In this document: positions 41,297 to 51,500 of the stretch, in pieces | Position numbering within the stretch: position 1 is the stretch's first letter | Layout: every line of letters starts with the position of its first letter | Assembly: GCA_043824255.1 (NCBI GenBank) | Contig: JBDRTG010000025.1 | Coordinates: 1-51,787, forward strand | Source of the DNA: a bacterium | GTDB lineage: Bacteria; JAHJDO01 | Length of the DNA stretch: 51,787 nt | Direction: 5' to 3' | Program-made: the position numbers and the translations under genes | Notes under the pieces: model-generated | The model's database searches: none | What the model was told of the DNA's origin: nothing | What the model saw: the letters and a program-made list of their open reading frames with translations, nothing else

Positions 41297-42523
41297 ATGC
41301 TAAGGTACAGACAGATATTACAGGTATGGAGGATTGCTTCCCACCGGGCAAGCAGTCTGTTTCTTATCTTTAACATAATTTTCCTCTTTGTTGTTCTCTT
41401 TACTGGTCAGGAGTGGCTATGGAGGATACTTGTTGTCTTTCTCATTGCTCTTTTACCAGTCTTTATAGTAATGGATATAAAGAATATTAAGTCTGAGACG
41501 CGGTACATGAGGCTTTATCATAGTTTGTGCATTAGCAATGAGATAATTAATAAAATAGCCAGCACAATCCAGATTGAGGAACTTCTCAACTTAATACTCT
41601 CAGGAATAAAGAAAATTTTCACTGATACAAGCCGTGTTATACTTTTTTTGCGGGACGATGAGAAAAGTAATGTGCTTAGAGCGAAGGCAGGGTTTGATAT
41701 ATCAGAGGATGAGTTAAATGATATGGAGTTCTTAATTGATAAATCGCTGGGCACTGTTCCCCGCGCAGTGATTACAGGAGAAGTGCAATTCGTGCAGGAT
41801 TCAGCCACAGATTATTATTGCAAGCAGGAATTTGTGGAGAAATTTGGACTTAAGGCATTTGTAGTTGTCCCGATTATAGTGCATGGCAATGGGCTTGGAG
41901 CAATTTTGGTTGAGCATAAGTCTATAAAATCTACAAAGGACAAGGAAGAAAACCTGCTTAAATTGTTTGGCAATCATGCAGGCATAGCCATAGAAAATGC
42001 AATGCTGTATAAAAAAGTAGAGGAGTTGTCTGTTACAGATGAGATGACAGGGTTGTTCAATTACAGATATTTCCGTAGAATATGGAACCCGGAATTTGAG
42101 CGAGCAAAGAGATATGGTCGTGAGGTGTCACTTGTGATGATAGATGTAGACCACTTCAAGGAATATAATGATACATATGGTCATCCAGCAGGAGATTTGG
42201 CCTTAAAGGATATTGGGAGAATATTCCATGACAATACAAGAAAGCCAGGCACAGTGGCGCGATATGGTGGAGAGGAATTCATAGCTATCCTTATTGAAAC
42301 CGGGAAAAAAGGGGCACTGATTGCTGGTGAAAGAATTCGGAGTGCTGTAGAGACACACAAGTTTAAGGATAAAGAGAATGAACTTGTGAGGAAACTAACA
42401 GTTAGCATTGGGGTAGCGACCTATCCAGAAGATGCAGAGACTGAGGAAAAATTAATAGAACAGGTGGATAATGCGTTATATAAGTCAAAAGCCGCTGGAA
42501 GGAATAGAGTATCCACACCATAA
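41297..42523 (+). CDS. Membrane-anchored GAF-GGDEF diguanylate cyclase
   Basis: Two N-terminal TM segments, GAF (VVPI..G..LGAI, AIENA.LY), TDEMTGLFN, DVDHFK.YND.YGH..GD, RYGGEEF. Confidence 0.92.
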   Translation: MLRYRQILQVWRIASHRASSLFLIFNIIFLFVVLFTGQEWLWRILVVFLIALLPVFIVMDIKNIKSETRYMRLYHSLCISNEIINKIASTIQIEELLNLILSGIKKIFTDTSRVILFLRDDEKSNVLRAKAGFDISEDELNDMEFLIDKSLGTVPRAVITGEVQFVQDSATDYYCKQEFVEKFGLKAFVVVPIIVHGNGLGAILVEHKSIKSTKDKEENLLKLFGNHAGIAIENAMLYKKVEELSVTDEMTGLFNYRYFRRIWNPEFERAKRYGREVSLVMIDVDHFKEYNDTYGHPAGDLALKDIGRIFHDNTRKPGTVARYGGEEFIAILIETGKKGALIAGERIRSAVETHKFKDKENELVRKLTVSIGVATYPEDAETEEKLIEQVDNALYKSKAAGRNRVSTP

Positions 42524-42655
42524 TTTGCTTGACAAGTTTCATGGAGTTTCTCCAAAAAATCTTTTCTTACACCTTAACTGGATTTAAGATATCTACACCT
42601 GCTTCCAAAGCGGCAAATATCTTTTTTGGGGAATGTGAAACACAGACGTATTTTG

Positions 42656-44089
42656 CTACCGGAAGCTGTGGATACAGTTACAAATTCGATAGTTTTGTGT
42701 AATATGCCACTCATCAATCTCTTTTTTCATCTCTTTAATGGCATTCCTATATTCCGGATTACTATATTCATTTATCATTTCGCTAGGACTATCGGAAAAA
42801 TCATAAAATTCATATAAGTGAATTTCTCCGTTTTTGCCACTATCTTTGCGCATCAACTTCAAATTATCGCGACGAAGCATTGTCTGGTGATACAATGCAG
42901 CTTTTATAACATTCTGCCATTGACGATATTGGCCTTCCATTACCGAAGAAAGATTCCGAGATGGAGTATCTTGTGCAACTTTAATACCACAACGTTCAAG
43001 AAGGGTACGATAGAGATCAAAATTATTGACCAATCTATCTCTTCTAACTCCCTTAGGAAAATCAGGATCACGGATAATAAACGGAACCCTGACCGAACCT
43101 TCATACATTGTCCCTTTTTCAAGCAATCCAAACTGACCATTATAATCACCGTGGTCAGCAGTAAAAATAATTATAGTGTTATCATAAATCTTCTGCTCTT
43201 TAAGTACAGAAACAATACGGCTGATATGATAGTCGATCTGTGATACCTGTCCGTAATACATGGCCAATACTTTCTTCCATGTTTCTTCTGTCCAACCTTG
43301 ATCACGAAATTCCTGAGCTCGCCATAGATGGGTATCTTCCAAAATAGGCTTATCATTAATTTCAGCATAAAACTGAGGTGGAAGTTCAATGTCTTCTGGT
43401 TTGTACATACTTGCCCAAGGCTCTGGTGACATCATAGGTTGATGGGGACCAAAAAATCCCACATGTAAAAAAAATGGCTTGTCATCTCTCTTATTTCTTA
43501 TAAAATCAATAGATCCATCAGCAACCCAAGTATTATAATGATGTACCTCATCTGTAACTCCAGAACCAAGATAAAAACGTAATCTATCAGAAGAAGACTC
43601 ATCATCGTCGAATCGTTTTACTATCTCCTTACGGGCGTATCCAAGAGTTTCTACAAGATATGTTATATAATCAGAATAATCTGCCTCATCTTTTTTATAT
43701 ATATCATATGGAGAGTCATTAAATCTTTTATATTCAAATCCCCAGCTCTTTTCTGAAGGCCATAGATGAAGTTTTCCTACCAGTGCTGTCTGCATACCTG
43801 CTTGCCTCAATAACTCTGGTAAGATATCTAAATCAGAAGATAAATTTTCATAATTTGTAAAAACCTGTGTACGGCCTGGATATTCTCCTGTATATATACT
43901 TGCCCTTGAAGGGCCGCAAATCGGTGCAGCGCAATAGGTATTTTCAAAAATTATGCCATCTTCTGCAATACCATCAATTCCAGGAGTTTTGACAACAGGA
44001 TGCCCCAGACAACTAAGCGCTTTAAAATGATGTTGGTCTGTGATAATAAATAAAATATTAGGGATTGTTTTTAATTTATTTATCTCCAT
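42656..44089 (-). CDS. Cys-type sulfatase (family S1, choline-sulfatase-like), no signal peptide
   Basis: PNILFIITDQ, CGPSRAS (CxPxR), GKLHL, PHQP, FTADHG, EKG.MYEGSVRVP. Confidence 0.92.
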   Translation of the reverse strand: MEINKLKTIPNILFIITDQHHFKALSCLGHPVVKTPGIDGIAEDGIIFENTYCAAPICGPSRASIYTGEYPGRTQVFTNYENLSSDLDILPELLRQAGMQTALVGKLHLWPSEKSWGFEYKRFNDSPYDIYKKDEADYSDYITYLVETLGYARKEIVKRFDDDESSSDRLRFYLGSGVTDEVHHYNTWVADGSIDFIRNKRDDKPFFLHVGFFGPHQPMMSPEPWASMYKPEDIELPPQFYAEINDKPILEDTHLWRAQEFRDQGWTEETWKKVLAMYYGQVSQIDYHISRIVSVLKEQKIYDNTIIIFTADHGDYNGQFGLLEKGTMYEGSVRVPFIIRDPDFPKGVRRDRLVNNFDLYRTLLERCGIKVAQDTPSRNLSSVMEGQYRQWQNVIKAALYHQTMLRRDNLKLMRKDSGKNGEIHLYEFYDFSDSPSEMINEYSNPEYRNAIKEMKKEIDEWHITQNYRICNCIHSFR

Positions 44090-44213
44090 AGTCTAATCTC
44101 TTGCAAAAATTTTAATTTTAATAGCCCTTTTTCCACTTGCCGATTGATAAATAGCAGTAATTAAAGCAATAATTCTTCTACCATATTGACCATTGGTTAA
44201 AAGATCAACGACA

Positions 44214-47087
44214 TTAATTAGAAAACTCCACAACCTTTCGTCCCCATGCCGGAACAGCGATGTTTACCTTCTCTCCTGACAAGATTACTCCCTCGGTCGA
44301 GTTAACCTTACTCCAAGTGCCAGTCTTGGTTACGGTAACCTTCAGCGGTTCGCCTGAATTGTTGAAGAAAAACCCTGCGATTTTTCTGCCATCAGCGCTC
44401 TGCCAGGCGGCATACTCCACATCCTGAGGCATAACGGATAACAGCTTGTCATCGTGCTTGCCTGTAGTTAGAAGTTTCTCATATTTGGCAAACATAGCGC
44501 TGGCTTCCCGCACCGACGCGTTGAACTGGCTATCGAAACCCCACACACCGCATAAAGCCACACCCATCGCGTCCCAGTCAATCACTGTTTGCATGAGTTG
44601 GTTGGCCAATTTGGGTAGTAATGGCCAAGTCCAAACCGATTCAGGCATGCTGTAGCCATTAATCAGGATGCTCATAAGCAGAGGATTGCGGCGGCCGCCG
44701 GCCTCGGAAGCCGCATAGTGAGACCTAGCTAACTGTTCAGTATTATCGGGCGTATGTGCGCTCATCGCAACATCAATAACCTTAGCGGCTATGGTCCAGT
44801 CCACTCCGTATGCCTGGCGGCTGTACGCGCCAGGCGGGCCCGAATAGATACGGAAATCTGCCTCAGGATTCACCTCGCGTGCCGCCTCTCTTATGTGCGC
44901 CCAGACCCGCGTATGCTGCCAGCACTTGAAATCATTCCAGCGCTCGAAGTATGTATCGGATACCAGTTCCTCTGCTATGGGTATACAGTCCAGTTTGGCG
45001 TAATCCTTGAAAGCCCGCCGGCAGCGCAAACACGCACAGACCTGCCGGGCACTATGTGTATCGTATGGCTTCGGATTAACGCGTCTAACGGGCACAGCAC
45101 CAAACTCGAAATCCCAGTACACACCCTGTAGGTCATTGACCTTGACAGAACGCTTGACGGCTTCACATAGACGCCCCAGCCATAAATTAGCCCTGCCGCC
45201 GCGCACGCCCGTCTTCTTGTCATCGTATTTGTCCCCATCCAGCCCATGGGTCAGACAAACGCGATAATCCGGCGTTTTTATGCCCTTCCATGTTTCAGCC
45301 CAGTATTCGGGATACTGACGGCAATAAGCGATGGCAGTAGGAAGGGAAAAAAAATGCAGGTAAGGACGTACTGCCATACCATTTTGCCGTCCCCACTGCG
45401 CGGTCCAGTTGGTAAAGTTGATATCGTCAAGCGACACCTCATACGCGGGCTCGTGGATTGTCGGCATGATGCCGTTCAGTCCGAGCCGCTTTAACCGCTT
45501 TAAGTACATTTCTTGAATAGGGTGTGCCATGTTTTCAAAACCTGTTTCCCCTAACCAAATAGTAAACTCTATTTGCCTGGGTCCTGACGTATCAGGTGCG
45601 GGAACCAACATCACTTCTCCCTTCAATGCCACTTTACTGTCTGTTAGCACTGACCATCGAACAGCGTGTTTACCCTTGAAATCAGCGGGCACCTCAAATA
45701 CCTGCGTGGGCAGCATGTGGACATCAGCCATATTTATAACTAGCGGTTCCATGGGCATAGGCAGCCAGAAGGAATCCTGCGAATCGATTTGGTCCTTGGT
45801 GCCTGAAAGACAGAGCGCCAGATTCATGGGATTACCCGGTTTGGGAGCTGGTACCGGCTTCAATGGCATACTGCCCGGAAACTGCATGCCTTGGGCATGT
45901 TCTATATCTCCGGCCAACATATAGTTCTTGTCCGGCTCTTTGTCACAGGTGAGAGACAAATCGTCCAGATACAGCGTTCCGTAAGCACCTCTTCTCTGCC
46001 ATTTGATGGCAATTAGCATCAAATAAACCGCATTAGCAGGTGCTTTCAGTTCCACCTTAAAAGGTTTCCAGTCATAACTGCCTTTGTCAAACTGGATATA
46101 GGGAGGATACCAAGTAATAGGAATCCCGGTTCCAGCACGGAAGTAGCCGGATATTTCGAATCCATCGCCTACAATACCCTCACCCTTGGCCAGACACGAA
46201 AACGTGTATGTCGCGCCGGGGATAACTTTGATGCCCTGGTAACGGTCCAAATCCGGGCGGAACGTCAGAATCTGCGTGTCACCGGTCACCTTGTGGCTAC
46301 GCTTTTTGAGTTGTCTTCGAACCCCGCCTTGGCCGTCAAATCCTCTGAGATCGAACTCTTTTTGCCTGAGCGCTGCCGGGAGTTCGAGAGTTAGTTCATA
46401 CGTCTTTACACCATCCATATTGACTTCCGGCAGGGCCGGACGCAACAGCAGAAGTTCTCCGGGTTGATATTCAACCCTTGGAGCCCACAGAGCAACATTT
46501 AAGTCTTTTTTGCTTCTCGCAGTCACCCTGGCCGGTGCCTTTATCTCGTTATTGGAGTCAACAACGTTTTCGCCTGTATCCAATTCCAAAACAATATCGT
46601 CAAAATAAACTACTGCATCTTCAGAAGACCCTTTACGATTCCACAAAGTTACACGGACCGTACTCTCATTAGCTGTGAAAGTTATAGGTTGATATGGATG
46701 TAACTGTTCTATTTTGGTCCATGAAGGCAATTTCTTTTTTCCTTGTCGAGAAGCTTCCTTTATCCACCCTTGTGAATCTGAAATGACTACCAGCCAAAAT
46801 ACATTTGTCCCTGAAGGAACTTTTATATATCCACTGAGCCGATATTTCTTACCCTTCTCTATAGTTATATCCTGAAAAGCTGCGTTATAGTCTCCCCCGG
46901 CAACCCGGACGCAATATTTCCCGGTATGCGCATCACTAGAAACAACCTCGGCCTGTTTGAAGCCCCAACCATTATTCCCTTCTTCAAAACCGGGGTTAAC
47001 AATTAAATTCTCTCCGTTTACCACATTTGTGCCAAACATCATAAAACCCAAGACTCCAATAATTATACTGCATATAAGACGTCTCAT
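44214..47087 (-). CDS. Secreted multi-domain protein: CBM4/9-like modules plus putative TIM-barrel glycoside hydrolase (paralog A)
   Basis: Signal peptide; NLIVNPGFEEG...VYFDDI CBM-like module, second module ending LYLDD; C-terminal GVYWDFE, CACLRC, W.DFKCWQ. Confidence 0.65.
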   Translation of the reverse strand: MRRLICSIIIGVLGFMMFGTNVVNGENLIVNPGFEEGNNGWGFKQAEVVSSDAHTGKYCVRVAGGDYNAAFQDITIEKGKKYRLSGYIKVPSGTNVFWLVVISDSQGWIKEASRQGKKKLPSWTKIEQLHPYQPITFTANESTVRVTLWNRKGSSEDAVVYFDDIVLELDTGENVVDSNNEIKAPARVTARSKKDLNVALWAPRVEYQPGELLLLRPALPEVNMDGVKTYELTLELPAALRQKEFDLRGFDGQGGVRRQLKKRSHKVTGDTQILTFRPDLDRYQGIKVIPGATYTFSCLAKGEGIVGDGFEISGYFRAGTGIPITWYPPYIQFDKGSYDWKPFKVELKAPANAVYLMLIAIKWQRRGAYGTLYLDDLSLTCDKEPDKNYMLAGDIEHAQGMQFPGSMPLKPVPAPKPGNPMNLALCLSGTKDQIDSQDSFWLPMPMEPLVINMADVHMLPTQVFEVPADFKGKHAVRWSVLTDSKVALKGEVMLVPAPDTSGPRQIEFTIWLGETGFENMAHPIQEMYLKRLKRLGLNGIMPTIHEPAYEVSLDDINFTNWTAQWGRQNGMAVRPYLHFFSLPTAIAYCRQYPEYWAETWKGIKTPDYRVCLTHGLDGDKYDDKKTGVRGGRANLWLGRLCEAVKRSVKVNDLQGVYWDFEFGAVPVRRVNPKPYDTHSARQVCACLRCRRAFKDYAKLDCIPIAEELVSDTYFERWNDFKCWQHTRVWAHIREAAREVNPEADFRIYSGPPGAYSRQAYGVDWTIAAKVIDVAMSAHTPDNTEQLARSHYAASEAGGRRNPLLMSILINGYSMPESVWTWPLLPKLANQLMQTVIDWDAMGVALCGVWGFDSQFNASVREASAMFAKYEKLLTTGKHDDKLLSVMPQDVEYAAWQSADGRKIAGFFFNNSGEPLKVTVTKTGTWSKVNSTEGVILSGEKVNIAVPAWGRKVVEFSN
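46584..47011. repeat. 428-bp direct repeat, copy 1 (CBM-like module)
   Basis: Ungapped manual alignment to 51061-51488 with about 43 mismatches (~90% identity). Confidence 0.92.
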
Positions 47088-47183
47088 ATCATCCTCCTTT
47101 TTTTACTTTTCTAAGCCCTCTGCAAAATTCATATTCATCTCCTTTCTAAAAACTTTTATGTTTGAAAAATTTTATTTATAAAA

Positions 47184-48506
47184 TTACTTCTTTAACATTT
47201 TATCAATATCTGCCTTGAGCTTTTTACATGCTTCCTCAGCCGACACCTTGCCTAAAAATACCATGTCAAGTTCCCTCCTCATCAAATCGCTTAATTCTTT
47301 CGGATTTTGAATTCTTGCGCCTAAATATCCATATTCAAGAGCATCAAGAAAGACACTATCGTGTTGAGGTGGAAGTTTAGGTTGCGAGAAATCCTCGGAA
47401 TATGCTACCGACTTTCTTGTTGGTATGTCTTGGCCACTCTCTGACAGAATCCTTTGACCTTCTTCTCCTCCTAAGAACTTAACCAATTCCCATGATTCTT
47501 CGGGATACTTAGTCTGAGTAGATACACCAAAGCAGAGAACAAGCAGTATTGTTGCTCTTCTTTTCCCTTTAGGTAATGGAGCAACATCCCAATTAAACAT
47601 GGCTTTCGCTCTGAGTCCAGGGACATAGGCACGCCATGATACCAACGTTGCCATTTTACCAGCAGTAAACATATCTCCTACACTCTCTTGCTGGGAAACT
47701 GTTGGAGCTACATGATAGCGATGGACCAGATCTACGTAAAATTGAATTGCTTCATATGCTTCCGGCTGATCGAGTAGACATTCTGTCGGATTCTGCAAAT
47801 CATTGTAAACTTTCCCACCATTTTGCCATACCAGAGGGGTCCATACGGTTGACCAGTTTGTAACACTACACCCGAACTGATCGATTCTTCCATCCCCATC
47901 AATATCCTTAGTCAATTTTCTACAAGCCTCCAGAAATATATTCCAATCCCACGTTTCATCTGGATAGTTGACACCAGCACTGTCGAAAAGATCCTTATTA
48001 TAAAATAAGGCTGTGGTGGAAACCCCTTTGGGAATCCCGTAAATATGCCCATTATATCGACAAGCTTCAAGTGCTTGGGGGAAAATATCACTAATATTGA
48101 ACTTTGATTTCTCTATATAAGGATCAAGATTAACCAAAATTCCCTTACTCGCAAAGGAAGTATCGTTTTGAATACTAGTAACAAAAACATCTGGAGCCGT
48201 ATTTCCGACAATCATAGTTAGTAATTTCCCTTCGTAAGAAGTCCAATCACATAGCTCTAACACAACTTTGATAGCCGGATGGCTCCTCTCAAAGGCATCT
48301 TTCATTTTACGGTATATTTTCCCCTGAGAAACATCTGCATAGATAAACCATCGTATGGAAACTTTTTTCTGGGAGTTCTCTAATCTCCGACTGCAACCAT
48401 TAATCATCACTGCTCCTAAAACTATAAAAAAACTCAAACTTATTACCACTTGCAGTCTTTTTTGCAATACTTTTTTTCTCTGAGAATGCTTCACTAACCT
48501 TACCAT
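47184..48506 (-). CDS. Sugar ABC transporter substrate-binding lipoprotein (true start may lie downstream of 48506)
   Basis: Lipobox INGC; APDVF, LFYNKDLFD.AG...P...W.W, DIDGDGRIDQFG, F.AGK.A, WDVAPLPKGK. Confidence 0.92.
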   Translation of the reverse strand: MVRLVKHSQRKKVLQKRLQVVISLSFFIVLGAVMINGCSRRLENSQKKVSIRWFIYADVSQGKIYRKMKDAFERSHPAIKVVLELCDWTSYEGKLLTMIVGNTAPDVFVTSIQNDTSFASKGILVNLDPYIEKSKFNISDIFPQALEACRYNGHIYGIPKGVSTTALFYNKDLFDSAGVNYPDETWDWNIFLEACRKLTKDIDGDGRIDQFGCSVTNWSTVWTPLVWQNGGKVYNDLQNPTECLLDQPEAYEAIQFYVDLVHRYHVAPTVSQQESVGDMFTAGKMATLVSWRAYVPGLRAKAMFNWDVAPLPKGKRRATILLVLCFGVSTQTKYPEESWELVKFLGGEEGQRILSESGQDIPTRKSVAYSEDFSQPKLPPQHDSVFLDALEYGYLGARIQNPKELSDLMRRELDMVFLGKVSAEEACKKLKADIDKMLKK

Positions 48507-48561
48507 TTTTCTATTCCCCCTTTTATATCAAAAATACGTATCTTTCTTAACAACTTACCTC

Positions 48562-51500
48562 TTACAATATTCTATTATTTATTAGAATTATCTTAACGTC
48601 CTTTGGGGGAATGGTAATCTTGATTATTTCCGGATTGGGATAAACTTCCTTCGTATCATAATCAGAAGCAATTATTCTATCGGAAGGCTGCGGGCCTAAA
48701 TAAAGATTAGTTAAGGTAATTCTCTTTTCATCCGCACTTTCATTAAACAAAAATACTAATCGCTTCTCCCCCTTCAACCACACTGTCATCTTTAGTTCGG
48801 GATATGTTTTATTCACGGACGCCAAGAAGTCACATTGTCTTCCTTTCAAAAAGAAATCCTCAAAATCAGCGATAACACTTATGGCTTCCCTAACCCGAGC
48901 GTAGTAACTACTATCCATTTTCCATAATCCCCATATCCCAACACCTTTTGCCCCGCAAAGGGCTACAGTATTTAGAATTCGAATTTTTACATCATCTTCA
49001 GTTCCATATGTTGCCATATTCCCTGCAAGTGTAACATCCAAAATAACCGGAATATCAATATCATCCTGTCTCTGAGACTTTACTGCCTCCTTGAGAAGCA
49101 CAGCCTCAACTCGGGAATAAAAACCAGGGTTATGACAACCCATAGCTACATCAATATATTTACCAGCCATAGGCCAACTGACCCCGTAATGCTCAGACGA
49201 CCTCAAGATACCCCTATCATAATAAGTCCAGTAACCATCCTTGTATGGACCGGTATATATTCTAAACGATGCATTTGGATTTGCCTTTTTGACAGAATCC
49301 CTCAACATCCTCCATAATTCCGAATCCTGCCAACACTTAAATTTTGTCCACTCAAGCGGATAGTTTTTAATAAGTGACCTTACAGGTTCTTTCAGTTTAT
49401 CATAGGGGTAATCTTCTATAATTATTTTCTTCGAAGGCTGTTTTTCTAAATCCTCAATATGAGCAAATTTCTTAAATTCAGCTATACATCTATCGCAAAA
49501 ACAAGCGCCTGATTGTGGCGAACTGAAATTGTTTAGCGTCTTTATATCAGGCATGGGCATACCTTGCTCATAATCCCAATATACCCCATCTAAATTATTT
49601 TCTATTATCAGCTTCTCAGTAAGGGCGAGAAACATCTTCCAAAACGGATTATTCTCAGCACCATCTTTCAGGATATGCGTAAGGCATATCCTATGGTCTT
49701 TACTTTTGGCTCCATTAAAGGCAACAGACCAAAATTCAGGATGTTTTTCCGTGTAATTAAGATTAAAGGGTCCCATACTATTATACGTGTAGTATAAATA
49801 ACCTATATTCTTAAATCCTTTTAATTTATTCATAAAAGGGAGTTTTACATTTATTGTGGCAATATCATCATTTACGTCATTAACTAACTGGTATGGATCA
49901 ATCGTCTCTGTATAACAAGTATTAATTCCTGTGTTTTTAAAGATTGCAGTTAAGGTATTTTGCATTTTTCCGCCACAACCACCAAATGGACCTTCTGCTA
50001 ACCACATAGCCGTTTCTATGTGCTTAGGTGTTTTTGGTGAGGTATTGTCGTCTAATGTAATATTAATCTCCTTTTCTGACTCACTCATACTTTTATCAGC
50101 AGTTTCCCAATGGTAATAAATTTTATATTCTTTTCCCATTTCTCCCGTTAATTTAAAAAAAGTGGCGGTAGCTATAGTTGGACCAATATGGAATGGCTCT
50201 GGAATTGTATGGGATATAGTCTGTCGCTTGCCGAGGAGCGCCTTATCTGCTTTCATCATAAGACAATGATTCTGACCTTGAGATTCTTTCGGTTCGTTAA
50301 CTAAGCGAATATTACCCCCATTTGTAAGGCCCGGCCAATTGTTTTCAATATTTTCAAGATCTTCAAAGTTGCCATTTTCTACTAAATTATCTTTGCTTTT
50401 AGCTTCGTCATATAATTTAATATCATCTACCCATAAAGTGCCTTTTGCTTGTGAGCTTTCCCATTTTATTACCCAAATACCTATCATTTCGGCCCCGCCA
50501 GGCGGCGTTAAGACTTTTTCAAATTTTTTCCATCCAAAAGCGCCTTCGAACAAAATTGCAGGCACATATTCTATATACCCTCCATCTGCTCTTCCCCAGC
50601 GCACATAAAGCGCTATATTTCCTCCCTCGAGATTCCCTTTGGCCATGCATGAAATTTTATATTTCGTGTCTTTCCTTATCCTTATTGAACCTTGCGAACT
50701 AAGCTGAAATGGAAGGATATATTTATCATAATCTATTCCGTTTCTTCTAATCTTTTCCATAACAATATTCTTAGGAACCTTAAATTGTGTGCCACCTGTC
50801 CAATTCCATATTGTATTAAACATGTCCTTTTGTAAAATAAACCCTTGAGGGACTTCAAAAATAAGATTATAATCATTTATACCCTCTTTCGAGGGTCTGA
50901 ACGGGGAAAAAAAATACTGAATTGAATCTTTGGGGAAAATGAGTGCTTTAGGTTTAACCAGGGAAGATAGCCCTTTATTATTGCTAATCTGTAGTTTTTC
51001 TTGAGAAACAACTTTTATTTCATTGTTAGATGTGTTAACACTAACCTCCTCATTTACCAGTTCCAACACTATATCATCGAAATAGACCGATGCATCCTCA
51101 GAAGACCCTTTGCGATTCCACAAACTCACACGGACCGTACTCTCATTAGCTGTGAAAGTTATAGGTTGATATGGATATAACTGTTCTATTTTGGTCCATG
51201 AAGGCAAAATTGCTTTCCCTTGTCGATAAGTCCCCTTTATCCACTCTTGTGAATCTGAAATGACTACCACCCAGAATACATTTTCTCCAGAAGGAACTTT
51301 CACATATACGCTGAACCGATATTTCTTACCCTTCTCTACAGCTATATCCTGAAAAGCTGCGTTATAGTCTCCCCCGGCAACCCGGACGCAATATTTTCCT
51401 GTATGCGCGTCACTTGAAACAACTTCGGCCTGTTTGAAGCCCCAACCATTATTCCCTTCTTCAAAACCGGGGTTAATAATTAAATTCTTACCCCTTGGCT

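Noticed and set aside
46584..51488. Diversity-generating retroelement TR/VR pair as the explanation for the 428-bp repeat
   Set aside because: Mismatches are not adenine-specific, many are synonymous, both copies are N-terminal coding modules, and no reverse transcriptase is in the window
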